In this document: piece after piece, positions 28,398 to 38,968 of the stretch
Layout: each line of letters starts with the position of its first letter
Numbering within the stretch: position 1 is the stretch's first letter
Assembly: GCA_964569575.1 (NCBI GenBank)
Contig: CAZMTL010000001.1
Location: 3,503 to 67,502 of the forward strand
DNA from: an uncultured Gammaproteobacteria bacterium
GTDB lineage: Bacteria > Patescibacteriota > Patescibacteriia > UBA9934
Direction: 5' to 3'
DNA length: 64,000 nucleotides
Notes under the pieces: generated by a model
Database searches by the model: none
Told to the model about the DNA's origin: nothing
Seen by the model: the letters and a program-made list of their open reading frames with translations, nothing else
Program-made: the position numbers and the translations under genes

Positions 28398-30575
28398 GTC
28401 GCTTCGTTTTTTCATAATAGAAGCGTCGAATTGGTAATTTGGCGCGATCTCTGCCCCGTTCACAAATCTTGCATAGAGCGTTGGCTCAACATCTATTACG
28501 TAATCCCCCCAGTCTGATCCATATACCGCCGTTGCGACAGCTTCGTTCGGTATTTTTCGTTTTACTACTTCACCGTTCATTTCTTCGATCGCATACACAC
28601 TTGGGTCGCTTTGAATTTTCATCAATACAACTCCCGCCTTTGGAAGCACCGGCGCGCCTAACGGCAATACCGCAAGCGTCGCGTCCGTAACTGTCTTCAC
28701 CTGTGAAAAATCACTGTAATGCGTGAAGAACGTCTGTTCACTAAAGAACGGGCGACGACCACCTTCTTTTGTAACAAGATAAATTGTGTCGTACGAGTAT
28801 CCACGGATCAAATCACCTGGTTCGACGATCGAGATCGACTCTAGCTCACCCGTTGCGGGACTGATTCCGGTAGACGGCAGGTCGATTTCTGGTGACTCCT
28901 CTTCACTCTCTTCCTCTTCGGGCTGACCAAAGCAGCTTGCTTCGAACGTTGAAAACGAATAGTGCATGACTGACGACTGTACTCCATCTACACTTATAAA
29001 TATTGCGTACAGATCGCTACTTTCTGCGAAAGACCAGGTCGTTTCTGTTTGATCATTAAAGTAAACAACTTGAGCATCTACAAACTCGGGGTTACTACTT
29101 AAAACGACTCGGTTGGCGTTTTCTGCCTGAATCGTAAGCCCAACTTGCATTACGCACTCAGGATTTGATTCAATCACAATAGACATGTTGGACGGCACTT
29201 GCACCGAGCCTCCTCCTTCACTGGAAATATACAACTCTTGTAGGAAAAGAACGTATACGGCGCCACTGTTGAGCGCCCCTCCTCCGTCATCTTCGTAGGC
29301 TCCTGAAATAAGATCAACAACACCATCACCATTAATGTCGCCTCCGGATGCAATTGCATAAGCAAAAAAATCGTCGTTGTCTAACACGGCTTCAAATCCG
29401 CCTTGCGTATCACTAATTTTTGTTTGCGACTTTACGGTTCCATCTGCATTTAAAAATAAGACATAGATCGCTCCACGGTTCGGTCCTCCGTCATCGTCCG
29501 CAAACGTTCCCACGGCAATGTCCATGACTCCATCCTCGTTTGCGTCACCTATTGCTGTTACCGCTGAAAATAAATCGACGTCTTCTAATCCCTCTACCCG
29601 TCCAACAGTGGAGCTGATTTTTTTATGCTCCTTCACCGTTCCGTCAGGATTTAAAAAAAGTAAGAATACCGCTCCTCGCGCATATCCTCCGTCATTATCA
29701 CGACCTGCTCCAACAGCAATGTCTGGTGTACCGTCATTATCGAAATCTCCAATAGATGTGATCGAGGCTCCAAAAATATGCAGATCATGAAGTTGACCCG
29801 CAAAATTTCCGTCAGAATTTCCTATCTTCTGTTCATCCTTTACCGTTCCATCTGTGTTTAGAAATAAGATATAGATTGCACCCATTCTGTCACTTGCAAC
29901 ATCGTCATCTCCCGTTGCGCTTACAGCAATATCTTGTACACCATCACCGTCAACGTCTCCGATTAATGCCGCTGCGATTCCGAAATTATCTTGCGCGCGT
30001 AAAACTGACTGCAATCCCCCTTCGAGCATACTGATTTTTTGCTCGGCCTTTACCGTTCCGTTTGTGTTCATAAACAAAACGTAAACAGCTCCCGTATTCG
30101 AAGCTACGTCATCGTCGCCAATAGCACCAGTCACAATGTCTTCGACGCCATCACCGTCCAAATCTCCGATTCCGGCAATTGAAGACCCAAGTGAATCGTT
30201 GTTTGTTAATTCAGTTTGAAACCCTCCGTTTAATTCGTTGATTTCTTGCTCGGCCTTGACTGTACCGTCAGCATTTAGAAATAGAATATAAACGGCACCT
30301 TTGTGATTCCCTCCGTCATCGTTACTCACAGCTCCAACCGCAATGTCATTTATGCCGTCATCATCTAGATCGCCGATATTAGCAACGGCTCCACCAAATC
30401 CGTAATCCCCTCCAATTCTTTCTATCTTTCCTCCTTCGTCGTTATTGATTAACTGAAAATCGCTCACTCTTCCCGTTGTTTTTGCCGCAAATACCGGAGA
30501 CGTTATTGAGAACAAAATTCCCAATGTTAAAAACGTCAACATCAGATTTTTTTTCTTTGCAATATATTGAATCAT
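28380..30575 (-). CDS. Large secreted protein with about 7 tandem FG-GAP/integrin-alpha-type beta-propeller repeats and a C-terminal domain
   Basis: 731 aa with a signal peptide. The repeat GDLDGDGVEDIV.GA..DD.....GAVYVLF.N.DGTVK recurs about every 58 aa. Confidence 0.7.
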   Translation of the reverse strand: MIQYIAKKKNLMLTFLTLGILFSITSPVFAAKTTGRVSDFQLINNDEGGKIERIGGDYGFGGAVANIGDLDDDGINDIAVGAVSNDDGGNHKGAVYILFLNADGTVKAEQEINELNGGFQTELTNNDSLGSSIAGIGDLDGDGVEDIVTGAIGDDDVASNTGAVYVLFMNTNGTVKAEQKISMLEGGLQSVLRAQDNFGIAAALIGDVDGDGVQDIAVSATGDDDVASDRMGAIYILFLNTDGTVKDEQKIGNSDGNFAGQLHDLHIFGASITSIGDFDNDGTPDIAVGAGRDNDGGYARGAVFLLFLNPDGTVKEHKKISSTVGRVEGLEDVDLFSAVTAIGDANEDGVMDIAVGTFADDDGGPNRGAIYVLFLNADGTVKSQTKISDTQGGFEAVLDNDDFFAYAIASGGDINGDGVVDLISGAYEDDGGGALNSGAVYVLFLQELYISSEGGGSVQVPSNMSIVIESNPECVMQVGLTIQAENANRVVLSSNPEFVDAQVVYFNDQTETTWSFAESSDLYAIFISVDGVQSSVMHYSFSTFEASCFGQPEEEESEEESPEIDLPSTGISPATGELESISIVEPGDLIRGYSYDTIYLVTKEGGRRPFFSEQTFFTHYSDFSQVKTVTDATLAVLPLGAPVLPKAGVVLMKIQSDPSVYAIEEMNGEVVKRKIPNEAVATAVYGSDWGDYVIDVEPTLYARFVNGAEIAPNYQFDASIMKKRSDLHDAS

Positions 30576-30614
30576 ACTCGTGTTTCCTTTATTATAACAT
30601 GCGTTATAGCAATT

Positions 30615-30645
30615 AAAAAAACTACCTCTTGGGTAGTTTTTTTTC
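30615..30645. terminator. Hairpin (ctacc-tcttg-ggtag) flanked by an A-run and a T-run; terminator for the minus-strand RimK-like gene
   Basis: Read between the 30645 stop and the 30575 start. Confidence 0.5.
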
Positions 30646-31589
30646 TATTCGATCATTTTTCGCTTTGGGAGCGGTCGTTTTCGTTTCTTTCCAAACTTCT
30701 TTACACGGAATTCGATAAAGTCGACGATCTTTCCTGCCACGTACACGCCAGAGGCAAGACTGATTCCTTCTAGACCCGGGTTTGAATTGACTTCAATAAT
30801 CTTTGGACCTGTTTTTGTTCGCAAGATATCTACTCCCGAAACATCCAATCCCATTACCTGCGATGCCCGGATGGCAATCTTCTTTTCTTCAGGCGATAGA
30901 TCCGCAACGTTTACCGAACCTCCTTTATGGAAGTTCGCTCGGAATTCACCGCTCTTTGCTACGCGCGACATTGCTGCCACGACCTTGTTTCCAAGAACGA
31001 ATACACGCAAATCCTGACCTTTTGCTTCTTTAATATATTCTTGCAACGAAATCGGACCCTTTTCTCGCGAAATAAGATATTCCACAATCGGCGCAAGTGA
31101 ACGCATTGATTCAGCAAGGAAGACTCCTCGGCCGTGTGTTCCGTAGATTGTTTTAATAATCACCGGGAATCGGAATTCGGTCGCGGCCTGTTCTAGGATC
31201 TTGAGGTCTTCTACTACCAATGTTTTTGGTACCGGGATCTTGAAGTGATTCAGCATCTGCAACGTTCGAATCTTGTTCTTTGCTCGAAACACACCAATGT
31301 ATCCGTTTATCACGTAAAATCCTGCGAGCTGGAATTGCTTGATGATCGATGCGTTAATGCTTGGATCGGCGTTAAATCCTGGGCGAACAAAAAGAACATC
31401 GTAGTCATCAGGGTTAATTTCGACCCCTTTGTACGTTAATGTTTTTCCATTTCCGAATACTAAGCCAACGTTTGGCGCGAAGAATACCTTTACCTTGTGA
31501 CCGCGCTCTCGTGCTTCAGCGATGATTTGTTTCGTTCCTTTTGCAACCGTTTTAATATTTGCACTGAACGTAAGAATGGCAATATTCAT
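30645..31589 (-). CDS. RimK-family ATP-grasp ligase, second paralog
   Basis: 314 aa. Segment FPVIIKTIYGTHGRGVFLAES....QEYI.EAKGQDLRVFVLGNKVVAAMSRVAKSGEFRANFHKGG. Confidence 0.7.
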   Translation of the reverse strand: MNIAILTFSANIKTVAKGTKQIIAEARERGHKVKVFFAPNVGLVFGNGKTLTYKGVEINPDDYDVLFVRPGFNADPSINASIIKQFQLAGFYVINGYIGVFRAKNKIRTLQMLNHFKIPVPKTLVVEDLKILEQAATEFRFPVIIKTIYGTHGRGVFLAESMRSLAPIVEYLISREKGPISLQEYIKEAKGQDLRVFVLGNKVVAAMSRVAKSGEFRANFHKGGSVNVADLSPEEKKIAIRASQVMGLDVSGVDILRTKTGPKIIEVNSNPGLEGISLASGVYVAGKIVDFIEFRVKKFGKKRKRPLPKRKMIE

Positions 31590-31664
31590 AGCCTCGATTT
31601 ATGAGGTTGTTTACGTCGGTATTCTACGACCGCAATTAAAGCGAGTCAAGTAAAATCTGCCCGT

Positions 31665-32036
31665 TTATTTTTTTCCTTTTTCCAACTGAATAAATCGTTC
31701 CTGGGCCTGCATGTGATCGTGCAGAATCTTTTGACGCATTCTTTCGACAGATTCCCACGGGACAAGATCGCTTATTTTTTCGAGAATGTTCACATCCAGC
31801 TCTTTTCCCAGCAAATCACCATCAAAATGGAAGAGGTGAACTTCAAATTTGTTTGAAGCACTCGCTCCGTAACACACAAGTGAACGATACTTTTTTCCTT
31901 CAAAAAACGTGTACGCAATGTACACGGCTGGCTCCAAATCGATTTCCGTCAAATCCAAATTTGCCGTCGGCATGTTCAAATCACGCCCTGCGACACCATC
32001 TCCTTTTACCACCAGTCCTTTGTACTCGTGTTTCAT
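31665..32036 (-). CDS. Stand-alone riboflavin kinase-domain protein (RibF C-terminal-like)
   Basis: 123 aa. GLVVKGDGVAGRDLNMPTANLDL matches the riboflavin-kinase flavin-binding motif. Confidence 0.55.
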   Translation of the reverse strand: MKHEYKGLVVKGDGVAGRDLNMPTANLDLTEIDLEPAVYIAYTFFEGKKYRSLVCYGASASNKFEVHLFHFDGDLLGKELDVNILEKISDLVPWESVERMRQKILHDHMQAQERFIQLEKGKK

Positions 32037-32139
32037 GTCTTTTTATTAGTCGCCGGGATTATATCACACTCTTAAATCCTTGACTTTTTCGCTAATTATA
32101 GATATATATTCGTTGCACACAAACAACCCTGGAGGGGTT

Positions 32140-33081
32140 ATGAGCCGTCTTTCTTACGATGACTTGTCCTTCCGGGGACGATCGACGATCATCTTTGATC
32201 TGATGTTCTCGGTACTTACTCCGACGGTCGGGACTCGCCGAGCCCTAATCGCGGAGGCCTACCGGCGGTACGGAAACTTCGACGTCAACCCGAGCGATGA
32301 GCTTCTTGAGCAACTGATCCTGAAGCACCGTGGTGACATCGAGCCGATCAAGGACGACGAAGAGTACTGGAAGGTCGTCAACCTACTTGTGCTCTTCGAA
32401 CTCCGTGGATTCAGTACTCAGATCAAGTTCGGTCACCGCGCTCTAACGACTGCGCGTAAACGACTGAACGATCGCTTCGATGCGATTCGGGATCACGAGC
32501 AGATTTCGAATGTCAGCTTCCTTCTTGCTCTCGACTCACTGTTGAAGGGCGGAATCGACTACCTGGCTGCCGCGAAGAACATCCACGAGGAAATCGTGGC
32601 GACTCCTGCGAAGTACCAGCTGTCCGACGACATGCGTCAGCTGCTCGAGGACTTGCGCAGCTCGGGTCACCGACTGATCATTCTCTCGAACCAACGAGAC
32701 GATGCGGCGAATGAGCTCCTTCGTGCAACCGATGCACGCCAATACTTTGACGCGATCTACACGTCCGAAGCCCTTGGTGACCGCAAGCCTCATCGCAGCA
32801 TGTGGGACAAGCTTCTCGCGCTCGAAGACTGCACGTCCCAGGACTGTGTTCATATCGGGAACTCGCTCAACAGCGACAGCGGTGCGGCTGCGCTCGGCAT
32901 ACCTGTCCTGCTTCTCGACTTCGAGAACCGGTTCAAGCACGTATTCGGGTCCACTCGCGCTCGCGTACCACAATCCATCATCCCGGACCACAAGCCGCGC
33001 GTCATCAACGCGCGCATCCGTTCCGGACTCATCCGCCCAGCGTACAACGTTCCTCAGGTTCGTTCGCTCCTGCTCGGCTGA
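32140..33081 (+). CDS. HAD-superfamily hydrolase-like protein with an N-terminal extension, encoded by a GC-rich cassette
   Basis: ATG 32140 after GGAGGGG, with a TTGACT-17-TATATA promoter at about 32083..32111. Motif I is IIFDLMFSV (second Asp absent, dehalogenase-like). Also ILSNQ, GDRKP and GNSLNSD. Confidence 0.5.
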   Translation: MSRLSYDDLSFRGRSTIIFDLMFSVLTPTVGTRRALIAEAYRRYGNFDVNPSDELLEQLILKHRGDIEPIKDDEEYWKVVNLLVLFELRGFSTQIKFGHRALTTARKRLNDRFDAIRDHEQISNVSFLLALDSLLKGGIDYLAAAKNIHEEIVATPAKYQLSDDMRQLLEDLRSSGHRLIILSNQRDDAANELLRATDARQYFDAIYTSEALGDRKPHRSMWDKLLALEDCTSQDCVHIGNSLNSDSGAAALGIPVLLLDFENRFKHVFGSTRARVPQSIIPDHKPRVINARIRSGLIRPAYNVPQVRSLLLG

Positions 33082-33149
33082 TGCACCCACAGGGGACCTT
33101 GCAAGGGGTCCTCTTTCCTTTTAAGCTAAAAGTACTTAACCAAACGTGT

Positions 33150-34973
33150 ATGTGTGGAATTGTTGGATTTATTGGGAAAGAACCGGCGGTGCCGTTTTTG
33201 CTTGAAGGGTTAACCATTTTGGAGAATCGAGGATACGACTCGGCCGGGATCAGCACCGTGCATCAGAATGCGCTCGAAACGACTAAGTTTGCGAGTACTT
33301 CTAGCGAAGATGCTATTTCGCGTCTTAAACACAGCACCAGTCATCATGCTGCGGATTTTGTTGGTATCGCGCACACGCGTTGGGCCACGCATGGCGGAAA
33401 AACAGACGCGAATGCTCACCCGCATCATGATGCGAAAGATCGAATTGCACTCGTTCATAACGGTGTTATCGAAAATGCGCACGTTTTGCGAGAGGAATTA
33501 AAAACGTACGGTATTTCGTTTTTGTCTGAAACCGATACCGAGGTGATTGCGCAACTTGTTGGCTACTATCTTGATCAAAACCTCGAACTTACTGACGCGA
33601 TTAAAAAAGCGGTTCAGCGACTGGAAGGAACTTGGGGATTAGCAATCTTGTCCGTTGCGCATCCAGATCAGATTATTGCGGTACGAAACGGAAGTCCGAT
33701 CGTGATTGGCCTTGGAAAGAACCAACTATTCATCGCGTCGGAACCTGCAGCGTTTTCGCGACATACCAAGGATTTTATTTCGCTTGAAAATAACGAGGTA
33801 GCGGTCGTGAAGCTGAATAATCATACGCTTGATCTTTCGCGCGTCGAGAAAGCTCCAGATCAGGAAATTGCGCTTTCACCAGAACCATTTCCACATTGGA
33901 CAATTAAGGAAATCAGCGAACAGCCCGAAGCGATTTCGCGTGCGCTCAATTACGGAGGTCGTATTTTGAATCAAACGGATGTAAAGCTTGGCGGATTGGA
34001 TAGCGCAGAGGCGGATTTGCTTGGTATTAAACATCTTTTAATCGCGGCCTGCGGAACGAGTTACCACGCAGCACTTTACGCTGCACACTTGATGCGCGAA
34101 TTACGAGCCTTTGAAACGATTCAAGTGATCGACGCAGCAGAATTTTTCCCTGAGAATATTCCATCAAAAGACGGAGGCCTGCTTGTTATTTCGCAATCTG
34201 GTGAAACCAAAGACGTGCACCGGGCGGTTCAGCATGCACAAAATGCTGGCATTCCTGTTTTTTCGGTTATCAACGCCGTTGGCTCGTTGATTGCACGCTC
34301 AACCAAGTGTGGCGTGTATATTAACGCTGGGCGCGAACATGCGGTTGCCTCTACAAAAGCGTTTACGACGCAAATCACTGTTCTTGCTCTGATCGCAACG
34401 TGGTTTGCGCAACATCGATCAACTGGCTCATCGCAAAATCGAGCTTCGCTCATTGAATCGCTCCATCGATTTGCAACTAATTGTGGCATGACGCTTCGAA
34501 CGCAGGAACAGTGTGCTCGCATCGCCGAGAAGCTGGTTGGAAAAGATCATTGCTTCTTATTAGGAAAAGGTGTTTCGGAATCGATCGCACGTGAAGGAGC
34601 GCTCAAGATCAAAGAAATCACCTATTTACACGCCGAAGGTTACCCGGGTGGAGCATTGAAACACGGGCCATTTGCGTTGATCGAAAAAGGCACACCAATC
34701 TTTCTGCTGATCCTCGACGACAAGCACGCGCCGTTCATGCGCACGGCTGCCGAAGAAGTACGCGCACGCGGAGCCTATACCGTTGTCATTACAGACAAGC
34801 CGGAATTGGCTGAGGGAGTTGCGGACGACATCGTTATTGTTCCATCAAACGGCCACCTTACCGCCGCGCTTGCGAATATCCCGCTTCAAATTATTGCGTA
34901 TGAATTGGCGGTAAAGAAAGGAATCAATCCTGACAAGCCACGCAATCTAGCGAAGGCCGTGACGGTGGATTGA
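33150..34973 (+). CDS. glmS: Glutamine--fructose-6-phosphate aminotransferase (isomerising)
   Basis: Starts MCGIVGFIG (N-terminal nucleophile Cys). Two SIS domains and a C-terminal ...KAVTVD-type end. The upstream part of ORF 32802..34973 is a spurious extension. Confidence 0.9.
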   Translation: MCGIVGFIGKEPAVPFLLEGLTILENRGYDSAGISTVHQNALETTKFASTSSEDAISRLKHSTSHHAADFVGIAHTRWATHGGKTDANAHPHHDAKDRIALVHNGVIENAHVLREELKTYGISFLSETDTEVIAQLVGYYLDQNLELTDAIKKAVQRLEGTWGLAILSVAHPDQIIAVRNGSPIVIGLGKNQLFIASEPAAFSRHTKDFISLENNEVAVVKLNNHTLDLSRVEKAPDQEIALSPEPFPHWTIKEISEQPEAISRALNYGGRILNQTDVKLGGLDSAEADLLGIKHLLIAACGTSYHAALYAAHLMRELRAFETIQVIDAAEFFPENIPSKDGGLLVISQSGETKDVHRAVQHAQNAGIPVFSVINAVGSLIARSTKCGVYINAGREHAVASTKAFTTQITVLALIATWFAQHRSTGSSQNRASLIESLHRFATNCGMTLRTQEQCARIAEKLVGKDHCFLLGKGVSESIAREGALKIKEITYLHAEGYPGGALKHGPFALIEKGTPIFLLILDDKHAPFMRTAAEEVRARGAYTVVITDKPELAEGVADDIVIVPSNGHLTAALANIPLQIIAYELAVKKGINPDKPRNLAKAVTVD

Positions 34974-35040
34974 ACTAGTGTTTTGACCAATACCTGAATT
35001 ATTGATTAATCGAAGCTTTTACAATATTCACATCAAAAAA

Positions 35041-35078
35041 CCACCAAAGTAATCAGTATTACTTTGGTGGTTTTAAAT
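35041..35078. terminator. Hairpin (ccaccaaagtaat..attactttggtgg) plus T-run, between convergent glmS and murF
   Basis: Read directly in the sequence. Confidence 0.6.
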
Positions 35079-35106
35079 TACTAACGACTGCATCTACCTC
35101 TTGTCT

Positions 35107-36390
35107 TTACTCCTCCAGCCACGCGTCTTCCTGCCGAACGAGCAGTTGTTTTGCTCGAAGGGGTTCCGCCATGACGTCTTTTACAACACGCTCCATTCTG
35201 GTTGATTGTGATCCTTTTACGTACACGATGTCGCCTTTTTGCAAGCCTTGATCGAGGTGTCGTCCGGCTTCACGCGAAGTCGCAAACCAATGGATGTTGG
35301 TTTTTGGCATTCCGGCTTCGATTGCTGCGTTTACGGCTACTTGCATTGCTTCGCCGACGGCGATGAATACATCTGCTACTTCTGCTACTTTCAATCCAAC
35401 TAGACGGTGTTCGTCTTCGGAATATCTTCCTAGTTCCGCCATCGCACCTAGTACAGCAATTCGGCGATCGGTTTCGTCGCCTGGCGTGAAGATTTTGAGG
35501 ACATCAAGTCCGTTTCGCATCGCGGCTGGAGCGGCATTGTAAGTGTCGTCAATGATGAGTGTGCCTTTGATGCCCGGAATCGGTCGCAGGCGCCCTGGGG
35601 TTGGAATGAGGTGCTTCTGAAGACGGTCGATGGCAGTAGACGGGTCAACTCCCAACAACTTTCCTACCGAAATCGCTGCGGCAGCGGACATCGCTGGCGC
35701 ATAACCGATCACGTCGCGTAGTCGCAGTTCGTATTTTGCACGGTCGATTTTTAATTCTGTTAGCGTTTCTGCTAGCTGTTCGCCTGGTTCGAAGCTTTCT
35801 TCTAGTCGTCCGGCGATGGAAATGTTTTTAATTGCTACATCCATTGACCGCATTCCGTAGGTAGAGACCGTTGCCCTTGTCCGCGACCGCATTTCCATTA
35901 CGTGATCATCGTCAGCATTTAAAATGGCATGTCCATCCTCTGGCAGTGCTTCGATTAATTTTGCTTTTTCACTCACGAGCGCGGTGATGTCGGTGAAATA
36001 TTCTACGTGCACACTCGAAATGCCGGTAACAATTCCAATCGTTGGTGGCGCGATTTTGCAAAGTGCCTCGATGTCGCCTGGGTGATCTGCTCCAAATTCG
36101 AGCAGAATCACTTCTGGCATTTTCTTTATTGGCGAAAGTAAAAGATGGATCCACTTCAGCGGTGAACGTCCCGGGCTTTTCTTTCCGAGGATTGTAAGAG
36201 GAACGCCTATTTCGTTGTTGAAGTTTTTTTCCGATGTTCGAAAATTTACCGATCCATCGAGTACGGTTGCGATGGCGTTTTTGGTGGATGTTTTACCGAT
36301 CGATCCAGTTACTGCAATCACCTTTGGCTTATGTTTCCGGATGGCTTTTTGCGCTTTCTTCTGAAGAGCGTTGATGAGGAATTTTTTCAT
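35107..36390 (-). CDS. murF: UDP-N-acetylmuramoyl-tripeptide--D-alanyl-D-alanine ligase (Mur ligase family)
   Basis: 427 aa. Mur-ligase P-loop GSIGKTSTK. Position immediately downstream of the PBP gene fits murF, though murE cannot be excluded. Confidence 0.7.
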   Translation of the reverse strand: MKKFLINALQKKAQKAIRKHKPKVIAVTGSIGKTSTKNAIATVLDGSVNFRTSEKNFNNEIGVPLTILGKKSPGRSPLKWIHLLLSPIKKMPEVILLEFGADHPGDIEALCKIAPPTIGIVTGISSVHVEYFTDITALVSEKAKLIEALPEDGHAILNADDDHVMEMRSRTRATVSTYGMRSMDVAIKNISIAGRLEESFEPGEQLAETLTELKIDRAKYELRLRDVIGYAPAMSAAAAISVGKLLGVDPSTAIDRLQKHLIPTPGRLRPIPGIKGTLIIDDTYNAAPAAMRNGLDVLKIFTPGDETDRRIAVLGAMAELGRYSEDEHRLVGLKVAEVADVFIAVGEAMQVAVNAAIEAGMPKTNIHWFATSREAGRHLDQGLQKGDIVYVKGSQSTRMERVVKDVMAEPLRAKQLLVRQEDAWLEE

Positions 36391-36391
36391 A

Positions 36392-38359
36392 TTATTCGAT
36401 TGAACGTCGTGGAGCTATTTCTAAATAGTGAAGGATGAAGTCGGCCACTTCGCCGAATACGTACGCAGATGTTTCGGCTGCCCATTGCGAAGTCGTTGGG
36501 TGATCGAGCCAGACCACCATGACGAATGCAGGGTCTTCGATTGGTCCGTATCCGACAAATGTCGCGTTCGTGACTCCCACCTGGTAACCAGCGCCGTCGG
36601 TTCGTGCTACCTGCGCTGTCCCTGTCTTTCCTGCCATGTAGTATCCCGGAACGGCGGCGCCACCGGCATGACCTTCTTCTACCACCGATACAAGCATCGC
36701 TCCTGTCGTCGTTGCTGCTTTACTCGAAATCACTCGGCGCAACAGGTGTGGTTTTGATTTTTCGATACTGCCGTCTTGGTGTCTTATTTCGTCAACAATA
36801 TATGGCTGCATCAATTCCCCGCCGTTTGCGATTGCCCCGTATGCCATAGCGAGCTGAAGCACGGTTGTGGTAATTCCCTGCCCATAACTAGCTGTCGCGT
36901 AGTAGAGTTCGTGATTGTTTTCGAGCGATGCAATCGTTCCAGGTGATTCTGTTTTCAGTTCGATGCCAGCCACTTGTCCAAAGCCGAAGTTTTGCAAATA
37001 TTTTTTCATGTCTGGCATGCCTAGTTGCCGCATGGTGAAGATCATTCCGGTGTTGAGCGAGTTTTGAAGCACGTACGTCATGTCTACCAATCCGTGCGCT
37101 TTCAAATCTGAGTTTCGAATGGTGTACTGGTCGATTTTTTCTTCCCCATAATCAGTGAACAACGTGTTTGGCGTTACTTTTCCTTTGTCGATCGCTGCTG
37201 CCATGACGATTGGTTTGAATACTGATCCTGGTTCGTATGCCTCGAAAATCGCTCGATTATTGTACGCAGAAATGTCTTCTACCTCACTGTACGTGTTTGG
37301 ATCGAAGTCTGGCGCATTGCACATCGCCATGATTCGCCCCGTTTTTGGCTCTACGATTAGGATCGACCCGCCATCTGCTTTGTAACGCTCAACCGCTCGA
37401 TAAAGAGCGTCGCAAGCGGTGTATTGAATGGTGCGGTCGATGGTGAGCACGATGTCACTGCCGTTTTCTGCGGCTTTGAATGTACGCGAACCAACACCTA
37501 TCCACGTTCCTGATTGGTCTGTTTTTGTATCTAAAAATCCGGCCTGTCCTGTAAGCATTTCGTTGAAGTATCCTTCAATTCCGTAACTTCCTACTTTTGC
37601 ACCGTCGCCATTAGAACCCAAAAATCCGAAGACATGTCCGCCAAGGCTTTTCTCGGGGTAGGCGCGGCCGTCTTCTAGAATATATCGAATGCCCGTAATA
37701 TCGAGATCGAGGATTTTTTCGAGTGTTTCTTCCGGAATATTTCTTGCGATTGGTTCGTACGGGTCATCTACTTTCGAAAATCGTTCAATTAAATCGCGCA
37801 TGTCGTCTTGTCGACGTTTTATTTCTGCTTCTTCTTCCGAAAGTGGCGTTTCGGCTAGTTCTTGGATCACTTCTTCGACTACCGGCTCTTCCACCACTTC
37901 AACAACCTCTTCTGTCACAACTTCCGGCGGTATAGGTTCAAGGATTCCTTCCAAGATAGTCTCTGCAGGTTCTTCAGCGACAATTTCTTCTGCAGCGATT
38001 TCTGCCTCGGTTTCCGGCGGAAGTAAATAACCAAGGATTTCGCCAACTGCAATCGCTGCTTCGCGCGGATTTTCGATTCTACGTGGTTCAGCATACAAAA
38101 AAGCACGCGGCTCGTTGGTCGCAGCAAAAAATTCTTGGCCGGTTTTCCAGTCACGCACCAAAATAGAACCTCTCTCCGGAAATAATTCTCGATAAAGCGA
38201 GTGCTGTTTTGTCGCAACAGTATTGTAGTGCGCAGCCTTTACAACTTGCAGGTGGAACAAACGAACAGCGATCGCGGCTATAAACACCGCAAAAATAACC
38301 TTCAACCAAAAAAGCCGTTTTTCGCCTTGGCTGGTCATTTTTGATCGCGCACGTTGCAT
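36392..38359 (-). CDS. Penicillin-binding protein 2 / peptidoglycan D,D-transpeptidase (FtsI-like) with an acidic E/V-rich insertion
   Basis: N-terminal TM. Motifs SVFKP, SLN and KTGTAQ. Insert EVVTEEVVEVVEEPVVEEVIQE. Confidence 0.85.
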   Translation of the reverse strand: MQRARSKMTSQGEKRLFWLKVIFAVFIAAIAVRLFHLQVVKAAHYNTVATKQHSLYRELFPERGSILVRDWKTGQEFFAATNEPRAFLYAEPRRIENPREAAIAVGEILGYLLPPETEAEIAAEEIVAEEPAETILEGILEPIPPEVVTEEVVEVVEEPVVEEVIQELAETPLSEEEAEIKRRQDDMRDLIERFSKVDDPYEPIARNIPEETLEKILDLDITGIRYILEDGRAYPEKSLGGHVFGFLGSNGDGAKVGSYGIEGYFNEMLTGQAGFLDTKTDQSGTWIGVGSRTFKAAENGSDIVLTIDRTIQYTACDALYRAVERYKADGGSILIVEPKTGRIMAMCNAPDFDPNTYSEVEDISAYNNRAIFEAYEPGSVFKPIVMAAAIDKGKVTPNTLFTDYGEEKIDQYTIRNSDLKAHGLVDMTYVLQNSLNTGMIFTMRQLGMPDMKKYLQNFGFGQVAGIELKTESPGTIASLENNHELYYATASYGQGITTTVLQLAMAYGAIANGGELMQPYIVDEIRHQDGSIEKSKPHLLRRVISSKAATTTGAMLVSVVEEGHAGGAAVPGYYMAGKTGTAQVARTDGAGYQVGVTNATFVGYGPIEDPAFVMVVWLDHPTTSQWAAETSAYVFGEVADFILHYLEIAPRRSIE

Positions 38360-38431
38360 ACTGCTTCTATTTTACCTTATTGCCGGTAAGATGACTACCG
38401 GTAAAAAATCAAAAAAGAGCACATGGCTCTT

Positions 38432-38866
38432 TTATGAATTTCGAATTTCTTCTTCCGACACGGTCCACCCAAGCAGTGTGATAATTTCGCTGTTTACCTC
38501 GTATTCCAGCGCGCGCAATACTTGTCCGTCGCCTCGGGCGTAATCCTTGAATGTGACCGTATCTTCTTCTACACCGTCTTCGTCGATCACTTTTGCCACG
38601 GCTTCGAATGTCAATTCGTAATCGTCGCCGGCATGAAACACCGATTCTTGCATCAAATCGATTTCCGCTTCTACTTCATTAAACAGCATCACCTCCTCCG
38701 ACTCCTCATCGATACTTAACCACGCATGCGTTTCGTCGCGCATTAAGTACATCTTTTCTCCTGTTTCGAGTTGAAGTACATCGAATGTGCGTGGTGTAAA
38801 TGTCTTGTCTCGCACTACAACTCCCTCACCGTCTTTCATTTTTTGTAGTAAATCTTCAATTGTCAT
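38432..38866 (-). CDS. Hypothetical acidic protein
   Basis: 144 aa, no recognised motif. A terminator hairpin follows at 38405..38431 on the minus strand. Confidence 0.4.
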   Translation of the reverse strand: MTIEDLLQKMKDGEGVVVRDKTFTPRTFDVLQLETGEKMYLMRDETHAWLSIDEESEEVMLFNEVEAEIDLMQESVFHAGDDYELTFEAVAKVIDEDGVEEDTVTFKDYARGDGQVLRALEYEVNSEIITLLGWTVSEEEIRNS

Positions 38867-38968
38867 AAGGTCATTTTTGTTTTCTCGATAATAACGTATA
38901 TTGAGAAAAATGGAAGGGTTTTGGGGATAGAATTTTTCTCACGACATCATAGGCTGTAAATAGAGTCG

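Noticed and set aside
32802-33149. Upstream extension of the glmS ORF (723-aa version)
   Set aside because: It overlaps the HAD-like gene. GlmS must begin with Met-Cys (MCGIVG) at 33150.
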